64,000 bases of DNA from Methylophilaceae bacterium (GCA_027485305.1 JAIXRI010000001.1:12231-76230), one strand, 5' to 3'. Numbered from the stretch's first letter, positions 9,331 to 19,991 are shown. The notes: generated from the sequence alone by a model not told the origin. Numbers and translations: made by a program.

Positions 9331-9534
9331 CTAATCTTGATTAGCAGATAAAGATGATTGTTTGTGCCGACTAAAGGGGATCATCGGATCATCCTCATCC
9401 ATCAAAATTCTCTGCGCAGGACCATCAAGGTCATCATATTGCCCGTTTTTAATGGCCCAAAAAATACCAATCGCTGCCAATCCAATAAAAACAATCGACA
9501 AACCCAATTGAAAAAATAAAGCACTTAGACTCAA
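9331..9534 (-). CDS. ccoS: cbb3-type cytochrome oxidase maturation protein CcoS/FixS
   Basis: 67 aa with a single TM followed by the FixS signature WAIKNGQYDDLDGPAQRILMDEDD. Confidence 0.88.
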   Translation of the reverse strand: MSLSALFFQLGLSIVFIGLAAIGIFWAIKNGQYDDLDGPAQRILMDEDDPMIPFSRHKQSSLSANQD

Positions 9535-9685
9535 GCAACCAATCCCTTTAAAAATAATCCATCTATAAAATCATTATAATACCCACTTAAGATGCATTAA
9601 GCTGAGTTTATATCAGCCAGCCTTAGGTTGACTGAATAAAAAGGCGCTTTCTGCTATGATTCAATTTTAGGTTTATTTAATATTT

Positions 9686-10075
9686 ATGCACTCAAATAAC
9701 GGCAACCCACCCATACCGAGCAATATCAAGCTGCATCAAAAATCACGGCTTTTAGAAATTGTATTTAATGACAACACCGAATGCATGCTCTCTTGTGAGT
9801 TCTTACGAGTTTACTCGCCGTCTGCTGAGGTCCGTGGGCATGGTGTTGGACAAGAGGTGCTCCAGGTAGGCAAAGAAAATGTGAACATCTTAGCGATTGA
9901 ACCTGTCGGACAATATGCAATTAAGCTGATTTTCTCCGATGGCCATGACACTGGCTTGTACTCTTGGGATTACTTATACGAATTAGCACGAAATTACGAA
10001 GGGCTCTGGTTAGAGTACATCGGCAAGCTCGATGCGGCAGGTGTAAAGCGCAACCCCATCGAAACTGTTCAATAA
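9686..10075 (+). CDS. DUF971 family protein (gamma-butyrobetaine hydroxylase-like N-terminal domain)
   Basis: Motifs LEIVFNDN...CEFLRVYSPSAEV...HDTGLYSWDYLYEL. It sits upstream of ubiE, which I recall as its usual position in betaproteobacteria. Confidence 0.8.
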   Translation: MHSNNGNPPIPSNIKLHQKSRLLEIVFNDNTECMLSCEFLRVYSPSAEVRGHGVGQEVLQVGKENVNILAIEPVGQYAIKLIFSDGHDTGLYSWDYLYELARNYEGLWLEYIGKLDAAGVKRNPIETVQ

Positions 10076-10170
10076 GTCTTTACTCATTGCGCTTAATGAA
10101 TGAGGTTGCAGCCAAAAAGATCAATCTATTAAAGCTTGATTCAACAAAGGTTAAAAAAGGTAAGTAAAAG

Positions 10171-10911
10171 ATGTCTGACTCCAATCAAACGCATTTTGGT
10201 TTTAAAACCGTTAACGAAAGCGAAAAAGCCAATAAGGTTGGTGAAGTTTTTCATTCGGTCGCTCGCAAATATGATTTGATGAATGACGTCATGTCAGCTG
10301 GTTTGCACCGCACATGGAAGCGCTTTGCAATTGAAATAAGTGGCGTCAAAGCCGGCGATAAAGTGCTCGATGTTGCTGGTGGCAGTGGCGATTTATCAAG
10401 ACTGTTTAATAAAAAAGTAGGCCCAACTGGCCAGGTCATTTTGACTGACATCAATGCATCCATGCTTGCGGTTGGCCGTGACCGTTTGATTGATGATGGC
10501 GCCGCAGTGCCTGCATTGCAATGCGATGCAGAAAAGCTTCCATTTCCAGACAATTATTTTGATTGTGTCATTGTAGCCTTTGGCCTACGCAACATGACCC
10601 ACAAAGACAAAGCACTCTCAGAAATGCGCCGCGTACTTAAAACTGGTGGGCGCTTATTAGTGTTGGAGTTTTCTAAAATCTGGGAACCACTAACACCAAT
10701 TTATGATGCTTATTCGTTCAAGCTATTACCAATCATGGGCAAATTATTTGCAAAAGATGCAGACAGCTATCAGTATCTCGCTGAGTCAATTCGTATGCAC
10801 CCAGATCAGGAAACATTGCGTCAAATGATGCTGGATGCGGGTTTAAGTAAAGTCGATTACTACAACCTTGCAGCAGGGGTTGTGGCTTTACATAAAGGGT
10901 GGAAAGTTTAG
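10171..10911 (+). CDS. ubiE: Demethylmenaquinone/ubiquinone C-methyltransferase UbiE
   Basis: THFGF...V F..VA..YD.MND N-terminus and SAM motif [10 protein letters not shown]. 246 aa. Confidence 0.95.
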   Translation: MSDSNQTHFGFKTVNESEKANKVGEVFHSVARKYDLMNDVMSAGLHRTWKRFAIEISGVKAGDKVLDVAGGSGDLSRLFNKKVGPTGQVILTDINASMLAVGRDRLIDDGAAVPALQCDAEKLPFPDNYFDCVIVAFGLRNMTHKDKALSEMRRVLKTGGRLLVLEFSKIWEPLTPIYDAYSFKLLPIMGKLFAKDADSYQYLAESIRMHPDQETLRQMMLDAGLSKVDYYNLAAGVVALHKGWKV

Positions 10912-10916
10912 ATCTT

Positions 10917-11489
10917 ATGTTTAAGCTATTATTAACGCGAATACTCAATCATGTGATTACACAAAATCAATGGGCGCGAACTCATCTTTTACCTTTTAAT
11001 GGCAAAACGGTCAGCTTTGATATGCCACCAGTTCATGCAAGCCTTACTGTTTTAGAAGATGGTGGGCTCGCAATGGCAGATGAAATAAGCCATGCCGATG
11101 CCTCCATTTATTTATCTGCCTCGCTCGCATTGCGACTCTTGGCAAAAGATAGTGATGCAATGTCGCAAGTGCGTATTGAAGGGGATACTAATCTCGCTAA
11201 GACCTTGGCTATCGTTTTACAAAACATCAAATGGGATTACGAAGAGGACTTGAGTAAGGTTTTTGGTGATATTTCGGCGAACAAAGTCAGTACTTTTGCT
11301 AAAGACACTGCAAAAGAAGCCAAAGAACAAGTAGTGAATTTTGCCGAAATGTCCGCCGAATATTGGCAAGAAGAAAATCCTCTCATCGCTAAAAAACGCC
11401 ATGTGGAAGATTTTGTGCGGCAAGTTGACGCGCTTCGCGATGATGTTGAGCGCCTAGAAAAGCGCTTAGCAAAAATACGCGTAAAATAA
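10917..11489 (+). CDS. ubiJ: Ubiquinone biosynthesis accessory protein UbiJ (SCP2 domain)
   Basis: Located between ubiE and ubiB, with SCP2-like sequence. ATG at 10917. The track start at 10899 is a GTG overlapping the ubiE stop. Confidence 0.75.
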   Translation: MFKLLLTRILNHVITQNQWARTHLLPFNGKTVSFDMPPVHASLTVLEDGGLAMADEISHADASIYLSASLALRLLAKDSDAMSQVRIEGDTNLAKTLAIVLQNIKWDYEEDLSKVFGDISANKVSTFAKDTAKEAKEQVVNFAEMSAEYWQEENPLIAKKRHVEDFVRQVDALRDDVERLEKRLAKIRVK

Positions 11490-11530
11490 ATCACCCAAAA
11501 TAGCTCAAAAGAAAAAATATAAAAAAATTT

Positions 11531-13060
11531 ATGCGCTTGTTTAGATTAATCAAAATCCTCTTCATCTCACTCAAGTTTGGGCTCGATGAATTTGTACTTG
11601 CGCATAGCAAGTTTCGCTTCCTCAGAAAATTGCTCCAAACAGTATTATTTTTCCGCAACAAAAAACAAGCCCGCGGCGAGCGTCTTCGTTTAGCGCTTGA
11701 GGCGCTTGGGCCGATCTTTGTTAAGTTTGGTCAAATGCTTTCTACTCGTCGCGATTTGATTCCACTTGATATTGCAGATGAGCTTGCTAAGCTTCAAGAT
11801 CAAGTACCGCCGTTTGATTACGCCTTAGTTGAAAAAATATTAATCGAGACCTATAAAAAGCCAGTTAACGAAGTTTTCAGTCAATTTGATATCACACCGA
11901 TTGCAAGCGCCTCGGTAGCACAAGTCCACTTTGCACAATTAATGGATGGCAAGCCAGTTGCTGTTAAGATTTTACGTCCAGGCATTGCCAGCGTTATTAA
12001 AAAAGACATTAAATTATTAGAGGTTGCAGCTTGGCTCATCCAGGCTTTGCTGGCGGACGGAAAAAGATTACGTCCCCGGGAAGTGGTGGCTGACTTTTCT
12101 CTGCACCTTAACAACGAGCTTGACCTCATGCTTGAGGCTGCGAATTGTAGCTTACTTGGTCGTAACTTTCCGAACAGCCATTTATTACAAGTGCCTGAAG
12201 TTTATTGGGACTGGTGTCATGAGCAAGTCATGGTCATGGAGCGCATGAATGGCACGCCGGTAAGCCAAGTTGATAAATTGCGATGCATGGGCATCGATAT
12301 CCCTAAGCTTGCGCGAGATGGTGTAGAGATATTCTTCACGCAAGTCTTTCGTGATGGCTTTTTCCATGCTGACATGCATCCTGGCAATATTCAGGTGGCC
12401 AACGATGGCCGCTACATCGCGCTTGATTTTGGCATTATGGGCACGCTCACTGAAAGCGATAAGCAATATTTAGCCCGTAATTTCTTAGCCTTTTTCCGCC
12501 GTGATTACCGTGAGGTGGCACAAGCGCATATTGACTCTGGCTGGGTGCCAAGCGATGTGTCGATCGACCAATTTGAAACGGCCATTCGTGCGGTCTGCGA
12601 GCCTATTTTCAATAAGCCACTTAAAGACATCTCATTCGGCCGAGTACTCATTCGCTTATTTCATACAGCGAGAAGATTTGGCTTAATTGTTCAGCCTCAA
12701 CTGACTTTACTTCAAAAAACCTTATTAAATGTTGAAGGCTTGGGCCGCGATTTAGACCCAGAACTAGACCTATGGAAAACTGCGCAGCCATTTCTTGAGC
12801 GCTGGATGTCCGAACAAATTGGCTGGCGGAATGTATTAAAACGCATTAAAGCAGAAGCCCCGCATTGGGGCTCTGTGTTGCCAACATTACCCAGAAAAAT
12901 TGACGCGTTTTTAATGCACGATATTAATCAAGTTACCGAGTTAAAAATTGAATTGACCCGTTTACAAGCGGAGCATCGTAAACAAAGTCGAGCATTTCGC
13001 CTGTTAATCACTGCGCTCCTTTCCGCCATTGTTTTAGCGTTATGGCAGATGAATAAGTAA
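11531..13060 (+). CDS. ubiB: Ubiquinone biosynthesis regulatory kinase-like protein UbiB
   Basis: ABC1/UbiB family (LGPIFVKFGQMLSTRRDL, ASVAQVH, FHADMHPGN) with C-terminal TM segments. 509 aa. Confidence 0.95.
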   Translation: MRLFRLIKILFISLKFGLDEFVLAHSKFRFLRKLLQTVLFFRNKKQARGERLRLALEALGPIFVKFGQMLSTRRDLIPLDIADELAKLQDQVPPFDYALVEKILIETYKKPVNEVFSQFDITPIASASVAQVHFAQLMDGKPVAVKILRPGIASVIKKDIKLLEVAAWLIQALLADGKRLRPREVVADFSLHLNNELDLMLEAANCSLLGRNFPNSHLLQVPEVYWDWCHEQVMVMERMNGTPVSQVDKLRCMGIDIPKLARDGVEIFFTQVFRDGFFHADMHPGNIQVANDGRYIALDFGIMGTLTESDKQYLARNFLAFFRRDYREVAQAHIDSGWVPSDVSIDQFETAIRAVCEPIFNKPLKDISFGRVLIRLFHTARRFGLIVQPQLTLLQKTLLNVEGLGRDLDPELDLWKTAQPFLERWMSEQIGWRNVLKRIKAEAPHWGSVLPTLPRKIDAFLMHDINQVTELKIELTRLQAEHRKQSRAFRLLITALLSAIVLALWQMNK

Positions 13061-13107
13061 AACGATAAGCTCAGAAATATCTTCCATGGCGTTTGGCAAT
13101 CAAGTCT

Positions 13108-13145
13108 AGCTAAGCTACAATTAATGCTTAGCTTTCTGAGTTTTA
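13108..13145 (+). terminator. Candidate terminator hairpin after ubiB
   Basis: Stem AGCTAAGC (13108-13115) / GCTTAGCT (13126-13133) followed by TTCTGAGTTTT. An outer pairing CTCAGAAA (13070-13077) / TTTCTGAG (13133-13140) is also possible. Confidence 0.4.
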
Positions 13146-13230
13146 AAACTATTTTGCGAAGTTGCTCCTGCAGCCCCACACATCCCAACAACTTGCCCCG
13201 CTCTTTGCAGCGCGCAACGTTTGTCTAACC

Positions 13231-14562
13231 ATGAACTCCCCTAAAAAACTCTTCATCAAAACCTTTGGTTGTCAGATGAATGAATATGACTCTTCACGCA
13301 TGGCGGATATGCTTTCAACTTCCGATGGCATGGTTACCACCGAGACAGTTGAGGATGCCGATGTCATTTTGCTCAACACCTGTTCAGTGCGTGAAAAAGC
13401 AGAAGACAAGGTCTTTAGTCATTTAGGCCGATTTGTCGAACTCAAAGCCAAAAATCCTAATTTAGTGATTGGTGTAGGCGGCTGTGTGGCGTCCCAAGAA
13501 GGCGACAACATCATCAAACGTGCCCCTTATGTCGATATTGTTTTTGGCCCACAAACCCTGCACCGCTTGCCAGAAATGATTAAAACGAGTCAAGCGAGCG
13601 GCAAATCGCAAGTTGACATCAGCTTCCCAGAAATTGAAAAGTTTGACCATTTGCCACCGCCACGCGTTGAAGGCGCCAGTGCGTTTTTAAGCATCATGGA
13701 GGGGTGTAGCAAATACTGTACGTTTTGCGTGGTTCCTTATACCCGCGGAGAAGAAGTCTCCCGCCCATTTGAAGATATTCTGACCGAAGCCATTCAACTG
13801 GCAGAGCAAGGCGTGAAAGAAATCACCCTGCTTGGGCAAAACGTTAATGCTTATCGCACGGAATACGAAGGCGATAATGCTGATTTAGCCCTACTCATTG
13901 AGACGATTGCCGAAATTCCACAAATCGAGCGCATTCGATTTACCACTAGCCACCCCAACGAAATGAGCGAGCAATTAATTAGCTGCTTTGCTAACGTGCC
14001 TAAGTTGGCGGCGCAACTTCATTTGCCGGTTCAGGCAGGGAGTGACCGGATTTTAATGGCGATGAAACGCAATTACACCGCGCTTCAATTTAAATCCATC
14101 ATTCGCAAATTACGGGTAGCCAATCCCAAGCTCACATTTACTTCTGACTTTATTATTGGCTTTCCAGGCGAAACAGAAGCCGACTTTGAGGCCACGGTAA
14201 AACTGATGCAAGATGTCGGATTTGATGCAAGCTTTAGTTTTTTATATAGCCCGCGTCCTGGGACGCCTGCCGCATTTTTAAAAGATGATGTGACTGAAGC
14301 TATTAAATTATCGCGCCTAGCGAAACTTCAAGCCATTAATGAAGCCCAAGCCAAGCTTATTTCAGAAGCCATGCTAGGCACCGTGCAACGTGTGTTAATT
14401 GAAGGTGCATCTTGGAAAGACGCCTCATTGCTTGCAGGCAAAACGGACAATAATCGCGTGGTGGATATTGAAGGCGATGCAGACCTGATTCACCAATTTG
14501 TAAATGTAAAAATCACTGATGTCTCTAACCCTCGCCGTTTAGTTGGCATGATTGTTAAATAG
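13231..14562 (+). CDS. miaB: tRNA-2-methylthio-N6-dimethylallyladenosine synthase MiaB
   Basis: N-terminal [14 protein letters not shown], radical-SAM CSKYCTFC, and a C-terminal TRAM domain. ATG at 13231 gives the canonical N-terminus. The track start at 13162 adds a non-conserved extension. Confidence 0.93.
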   Translation: MNSPKKLFIKTFGCQMNEYDSSRMADMLSTSDGMVTTETVEDADVILLNTCSVREKAEDKVFSHLGRFVELKAKNPNLVIGVGGCVASQEGDNIIKRAPYVDIVFGPQTLHRLPEMIKTSQASGKSQVDISFPEIEKFDHLPPPRVEGASAFLSIMEGCSKYCTFCVVPYTRGEEVSRPFEDILTEAIQLAEQGVKEITLLGQNVNAYRTEYEGDNADLALLIETIAEIPQIERIRFTTSHPNEMSEQLISCFANVPKLAAQLHLPVQAGSDRILMAMKRNYTALQFKSIIRKLRVANPKLTFTSDFIIGFPGETEADFEATVKLMQDVGFDASFSFLYSPRPGTPAAFLKDDVTEAIKLSRLAKLQAINEAQAKLISEAMLGTVQRVLIEGASWKDASLLAGKTDNNRVVDIEGDADLIHQFVNVKITDVSNPRRLVGMIVK

Positions 14563-14569
14563 GTCACTC

Positions 14570-15547
14570 ATGGAAATCACGCTACAACCAGAAGATAATC
14601 ATCGCCTCGCTAATTTGTGTGGCCCACTTGATGAGAATCTAAAACAAATTGCATCGGCTTTAGAAATTGAAATCGCCCGTCGAGGTGCACATTTCAAGCT
14701 CACTGGCGACAAAGACAATACGCGGATTGCAGCGCAGCTTCTAGAAAGCTTTTACGCGCGATCAAAAGAATCCATTGAATTGGAAGATATTCAACTCAGC
14801 TTAGTAGAAGCCAATAAACTCAGTGCTGACACAGTAACTACTGCCGCAATGCCAAATTTAATGACCCGCCGCGCTGACTTACATGGACGCACGCCGCGCC
14901 AAGTGAGTTATTTGCAACAAGTGCAAGATTACGATATTACCTTTGGGATTGGACCGGCAGGCACTGGTAAAACTTACCTTGCCGTGGCTTGCGCGGTGGA
15001 TGCCCTGACACGCGACAAAGTAAAAAGGATCGTCTTAGTTCGCCCTGCGGTTGAAGCAGGTGAACGCCTAGGCTTCTTGCCAGGCGACTTATCGCAAAAG
15101 GTTGATCCTTATTTACGTCCGCTATACGACGCGCTGTATGATTTAGGCGGCTATGACAGCGTCAATAAGATGTTTGAACGTGGCGCCATTGAAGTTGCGC
15201 CGCTGGCTTACATGCGAGGCCGAACACTTAACCAAAGCTTTATTATTTTGGATGAAGCGCAAAACACCACGCCTGAACAAATGAAGATGTTTTTAACGCG
15301 TATTGGTTTTGGCACAAAAGCAGTCATTACAGGTGACGTGACTCAAATTGACTTGGGGCGCGGTCAAAAGAGCGGCTTAGTCGAAGCACAACAAGTGCTT
15401 AAAGACATCAAAGGGATTGCGTTTACGCACTTCTTATCCGAAGACGTGGTACGCCATCCTTTAGTACAAAAAATCGTGAATGCCTACGAAAAATATGACG
15501 CGTCTAAACATGCACAACCTCATGATCCGAAACATAGAACCCCATGA
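14570..15547 (+). CDS. ybeZ: PhoH-like ATPase (YbeZ)
   Basis: P-loop GPAGTGKTYLAV, plus ILDEAQN. Conserved miaB-phoH-ybeY-corC order. ATG at 14570; the TTG at 14552 overlaps miaB. Confidence 0.9.
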   Translation: MEITLQPEDNHRLANLCGPLDENLKQIASALEIEIARRGAHFKLTGDKDNTRIAAQLLESFYARSKESIELEDIQLSLVEANKLSADTVTTAAMPNLMTRRADLHGRTPRQVSYLQQVQDYDITFGIGPAGTGKTYLAVACAVDALTRDKVKRIVLVRPAVEAGERLGFLPGDLSQKVDPYLRPLYDALYDLGGYDSVNKMFERGAIEVAPLAYMRGRTLNQSFIILDEAQNTTPEQMKMFLTRIGFGTKAVITGDVTQIDLGRGQKSGLVEAQQVLKDIKGIAFTHFLSEDVVRHPLVQKIVNAYEKYDASKHAQPHDPKHRTP

Positions 15548-15993
15548 GTAAACAACCAATCCTTTCTATGGATGTGCAATATGCAAGCGAGCTATCTGGT
15601 TTGCCAACCATTACACAATTTAGACGCTGGGCGCGCAATACCATCCGCGTGGATAGCGAAATCACTTTACGTATTGTGGATGAAGCCGAAGGTCGTGAGC
15701 TTAATAATGCCTATCGCCAAAAAGATTACGCAACCAATGTGCTGACGTTTCCATTGGCAGAAGAGCCATTCATCATTGCTGACATTGTGATTTGCGCTCA
15801 CGAAGTGGCAAAAGAAGCTAAAGAACAAGGCAAGACTTTAGAAGCACACTTTGCCCATTTAACAGTGCACGGGGTTTTACACGCCCATGGTTATGACCAC
15901 GAAATTTCAGAACAAGCTGAACTGATGGAAAGTATAGAAACACAAATTTTAACTAAATTAGGCTATTCAGACCCATATGCTGATAGCGAATAA
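15544..15993 (+). CDS. ybeY: rRNA maturation endoribonuclease YbeY
   Basis: Zinc motif HGVLHAHGYDH. 149 aa. 4-nt overlap with the upstream gene. Confidence 0.93.
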   Translation: MSKQPILSMDVQYASELSGLPTITQFRRWARNTIRVDSEITLRIVDEAEGRELNNAYRQKDYATNVLTFPLAEEPFIIADIVICAHEVAKEAKEQGKTLEAHFAHLTVHGVLHAHGYDHEISEQAELMESIETQILTKLGYSDPYADSE

Positions 15994-16028
15994 TCTTTCA
16001 TATTTAATGGAAAACGAGAGCAAACATC

Positions 16029-16865
16029 ATGGCTGAAGCAGAAAAACCAAACTGGTTAGAGCGGTTAAGTCATTTCTTACTGCGCGAACCTGACGATCGT
16101 GAGCAACTAGTTGAGTTATTGCACGCATCCTTTGAAAAAAGCCTGCTCGATGCCGATGCACTCGCCATGATTGAAGGCGTGCTTCAATTCTCAGAAACAC
16201 AAGTGCGAGACGTCATGATTCCTCGCTCGCAAATGGATGTAATTGACATCACCCAAACACCTGAAGAATTTATTCCATTTGTAATTGAAACGGCGCACTC
16301 ACGCTTCCCAGTGATTGATGATGATAAAAACGATATTATTGGTATTTTATTAGCCAAAGATTTACTGCGTTACTATGCTGGCGAAGATTTTGATGTACGC
16401 GATATGTTGCGCCCGGTAGTATTTATCCCGGAATCAAAACGCCTCAATGTTTTGCTCAAAGAGTTCCGAAGCAATCGTAACCATATCGCCATCGTGGTGG
16501 ACGAGTACGGCGGCGTTGCAGGCATGATTACCATTGAAGATGTGCTTGAACAAATCGTTGGCGACATTGAAGACGAATACGATTTTGATGAAACTGAAGA
16601 CAATATTATTCGTGATACGCAAGGTAAATACCGTGTAAAGGCCTTGACTGAAATCGCTGACTTCAATGAAGTGCTTGGCACGGAGTTTAGCGATGAAGAG
16701 TTTTCAACCATCGGTGGCTTAGTAGTAAGTCAGTTCGGTCACCTACCAAAGCGGGGTGAAACGGTGACATTCAACAATCTTAAATTTACGGCACTGAGGG
16801 CTGATAGTCGTCGCCTTCATTCTGTTCTTATTGAAGAATTAGAAGTTCAGAAAGCTTCAGAATAG
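16029..16865 (+). CDS. corC: Magnesium/cobalt efflux protein CorC (CBS pair + CorC_HlyC domain)
   Basis: Tandem CBS domains and a C-terminal transporter-associated domain. Canonical position after ybeY. Confidence 0.9.
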   Translation: MAEAEKPNWLERLSHFLLREPDDREQLVELLHASFEKSLLDADALAMIEGVLQFSETQVRDVMIPRSQMDVIDITQTPEEFIPFVIETAHSRFPVIDDDKNDIIGILLAKDLLRYYAGEDFDVRDMLRPVVFIPESKRLNVLLKEFRSNRNHIAIVVDEYGGVAGMITIEDVLEQIVGDIEDEYDFDETEDNIIRDTQGKYRVKALTEIADFNEVLGTEFSDEEFSTIGGLVVSQFGHLPKRGETVTFNNLKFTALRADSRRLHSVLIEELEVQKASE

Positions 16866-16929
16866 CCAAGCAACTTGAACTTATTTTCAATCTTCCGCTC
16901 ACAACAATACATAGGATTCGGAGCACACC

Positions 16930-17304
16930 ATGAAGTTAATTACATTCGCATTTTTAATCAGTCTTTCTGGTGTTGCATTTGCTGGAACTCAAACAGCCAA
17001 AGTAAGTGCCGAAATCCCAACAGCAGATAAAGAGTTTGTTGAAAAAATCAACGGCTTTGATAAGGCCAAAATTATTGAGCAGCTTGGCGAGCCAAGTAAA
17101 GTTGAAGATGTTCAATCTTCAGCTGGTAAAGCCTTCGCGTCCATCTGGCAGTATCACTATTTAAATACGAATGACAAAGGTGAGTATTATCAAACCACTG
17201 AGTTAGACTTTATAGACGATAAAGTAGTGATGGTAGTATTTATGAATAATGATGGTAAAGAAGTTCCGGCGGATGCAGTCAAAGTGACTCCCGGCAAAAA
17301 ATAG
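16930..17304 (+). CDS. Hypothetical small secreted protein
   Basis: Sec signal peptide MKLITFAFLISLSGVAFA|GT. RBS GGAG lies upstream and a terminator downstream. No family recognised. Confidence 0.65.
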   Translation: MKLITFAFLISLSGVAFAGTQTAKVSAEIPTADKEFVEKINGFDKAKIIEQLGEPSKVEDVQSSAGKAFASIWQYHYLNTNDKGEYYQTTELDFIDDKVVMVVFMNNDGKEVPADAVKVTPGKK

Positions 17305-17322
17305 CATTTTAAGCAATCTTAC

Positions 17323-17349
17323 AAGCGGCTTTTTAAGTCGCTTTTTTTT
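17323..17349 (+). terminator. Intrinsic terminator
   Basis: 8-bp stem AAGCGGCT / AGTCGCTT (one G-U pair), loop TTTTA, followed by a run of T (17342-17349). Confidence 0.65.
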
Positions 17350-17477
17350 CGTGAAAATAATCTGCATTAGCGAATATGTTTTATGGAAAAGCGCTTTACG
17401 AACTTAGCATCAATTTTTAAATCTGCTCCCAGAAGTTTGCACGTAGAATAGCGTTCAACTCAACAAGCACTTAAATC

Positions 17478-18959
17478 ATGCAAAGAATTACCTCCCACCC
17501 GCAATTCATTAGCCTTGCACTTGGTGCTTTATGCGTGTTTGGCTTTGCCCCATTTTATGTTTTCGTCCTTCCCATCATCAGCCTTGCGGGCTTATTTTAT
17601 TTATGGGAACTCACCACCTCACCTAAGCAAGCCGCAAAAATAGGTTTTGCTTATGGATTGGGCTTTTTCATTGCTGGCATATATTGGATATATATTAGCC
17701 TGCATGACATCGGTGGCATGCCATTTTGGATGGCGGGCTTAGCCACTTTTCTTTTATGTGCATTTCTGGCGCTATTCCCTGCAATCGTTGGCTACCTAGC
17801 AAAACGCTTGCCACATCCACTCGCTAGCGCAGCCATGCTTTGGGTGCTAAGTGATTGGGTGCGGGATTGGATTTTTACTGGCTTCCCTTGGTTAGCGCTT
17901 GGCTACTCACAAGTGCCATTTAGCCCACTGGCTGGCTATGCGCCAATATTTGGGGTATTTGGGGCAGGCTTGGCGGTGACGGCTAGCGCAAGTTTGATAG
18001 TTTCAATTGCACAAAAAAAACAGCGCAGACAAGCAATGATTGGACTCTTGACCATTTGGATTGTGGGCGCGGCAGCCACCCAAATCAATTGGACTTCGCC
18101 TGTTGGTACCCCCACGAAAGTTGCTTTAATCCAAGGCAATATCCCTCAAGAAATAAAATGGGATGAGGCTATTGCCATCCAAACGGTGAATCAGTATCTG
18201 GGTATGGCAAAACAAGCGCAGGCTGAATTGGTCATCCTTCCAGAAACGGCCTTGCCGCTGGCCATTGATCTCACCCAAAAAGACATAGCACAAGACCAAG
18301 TGTTGGCCCCTTTCAAAACCATCGCCATGCAAGACCATAAAGCTATTTTAGTTGGTGCTGTGTCACAAAAGACTGATGCTTATTTCAACTCCATGCTTGG
18401 CATATCAAATCTTGACACTGTTCATACCTATCACAAATCGCATTTGGTGCCGTTTGGCGAATTCATTCCGTTCAAATCTGTGATCGGTTGGATTTATCGA
18501 GATTGGCTCAATATGCCGCTCAGCGATTTAAGCAGAGGAAGCCAAGCTCAAAAACCTATGCAAATGGCGGGACAAAAAATAGCGGTAAACATTTGCTACG
18601 AAGACGTATTTGGCGAAGAAATTATCCGCCAATTGCCTGAAGCGACATTACTCGTAAACGCCAGCAACGATGCCTGGTATGGACGCTCAAACGCGGCAGA
18701 GCAGCATTTACAGTTCTCGCAAATGCGCGCTTTAGAAACAGGTCGCATGGTCCTTCGCGCCACCAACACCGGTGCAACAGCGATCATCAGCAACAAAGGC
18801 GATGTGCTTGCAACCGTCCCGCAATTCACTACCATCATCTTGAAAGGTAGTGTTCAGGGTTACACAGGCAGCACGCCCTACATACGCTGGGGCAATTGGG
18901 CAATTATTAGTCTATTACTCATCGCGTTAATTCTTTTATGGACTCGCAAAAAGAAGTAA
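17478..18959 (+). CDS. lnt: Apolipoprotein N-acyltransferase Lnt
   Basis: N-terminal polytopic domain plus a C-terminal CN-hydrolase domain (LPE..., NICYE). 493 aa. Confidence 0.93.
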   Translation: MQRITSHPQFISLALGALCVFGFAPFYVFVLPIISLAGLFYLWELTTSPKQAAKIGFAYGLGFFIAGIYWIYISLHDIGGMPFWMAGLATFLLCAFLALFPAIVGYLAKRLPHPLASAAMLWVLSDWVRDWIFTGFPWLALGYSQVPFSPLAGYAPIFGVFGAGLAVTASASLIVSIAQKKQRRQAMIGLLTIWIVGAAATQINWTSPVGTPTKVALIQGNIPQEIKWDEAIAIQTVNQYLGMAKQAQAELVILPETALPLAIDLTQKDIAQDQVLAPFKTIAMQDHKAILVGAVSQKTDAYFNSMLGISNLDTVHTYHKSHLVPFGEFIPFKSVIGWIYRDWLNMPLSDLSRGSQAQKPMQMAGQKIAVNICYEDVFGEEIIRQLPEATLLVNASNDAWYGRSNAAEQHLQFSQMRALETGRMVLRATNTGATAIISNKGDVLATVPQFTTIILKGSVQGYTGSTPYIRWGNWAIISLLLIALILLWTRKKK

Positions 18960-19031
18960 AATCAAGAGTTATCATTTACGCTGCGACCTTGCTCTATAGA
19001 TCGCGACATTAATAAAACAAGAAAACCAACC

Positions 19032-19991
19032 ATGCTGACGTTTCAACAGATTATTTTAAACCTGCAAAACTACTGGGATAAGCAAGGCTGCACGCTGATG
19101 CAGCCATACGATATGGAAGTCGGCGCAGGCACTTCTCACACCGCCACATTCTTGCGCGCACTTGGCCCTGAGCCATGGAAAGCTGCTTATGTTCAACCAA
19201 GCCGCCGCCCTAAAGATGGTCGCTACGGTCAAAACCCAAATCGCTTACAGCACTACTACCAATTTCAAGTGGTGCTAAAACCAGCACCAGCCAACATTCT
19301 TGAGCTCTACCTTGGCTCACTTGAGTCACTCGGTTTCGACCTCAAGCAAAATGACATCCGCTTTGTAGAAGATGACTGGGAGAATCCAACACTAGGCGCA
19401 TGGGGCTTAGGCGGGGAAGTTTAGCTTAACGGCCTGGAAGTCACGCAGTTTACTTATTTCCAACAAGTGGGCGGTATCAACTGCAAACCAATTACCGGTG
19501 AAATCACATACGGTTTAGAGCGTTTAGCGATGTATCTTCAAGGCGTGGATAACGTCTACGATCTCGTTTACTCAAAAGGCGTGAATGGTTCTGCTGACGT
19601 GAAATACGGTGATGTATTCCATCAAAACGAAGTCGAGCAATCGACCTACAACTTTGAACACAGCGATGTGGAATTCTTACTTACTGCATTTAATGCGTAT
19701 GAGAAACAAGCGCAACACCTCACAGAAAACAAGCTAGCCTTGCCTGCTTATGAACAGGTGCTCAAGGCCGCACATACCTTCAACTTGCTGGATGCACGTG
19801 GCGCCATCTCAGTCACTGAACGTGCGGCTTATATTGGCCGCATTCGTAACTTGGCACGTGCAGTTGCTGCTGGCTATTTAGATAGCCGTGCCCGCCTTGG
19901 CTTCCCGATGGCGCCAAAAGCATGGGCCGATGAAGTTTTAGAAAAGATCGAACTAGACAAGCAAGCACAAAATAAAAAGGCAGCAGCATGA
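19032..19991 (+). pseudogene. glyQ: Glycine--tRNA ligase alpha subunit GlyQ, interrupted by an in-frame TAG at 19422-19424
   Basis: The two track ORFs (19032-19424 and 19467-19991) are in the same frame. Read-through gives ...[31 protein letters not shown]..., where E. coli GlyQ has [27 protein letters not shown]. The remainder is full length and ends in an ATGA overlap with glyS. Confidence 0.85.

Noticed and set aside
10084-10170. Short ORF (MNEVAAKKINLLKLDSTKVKKGK) between the DUF971 gene and ubiE.
   Set aside because: It has no RBS and is lysine-rich and low-complexity. It is probably just the AT-rich ubiE leader.
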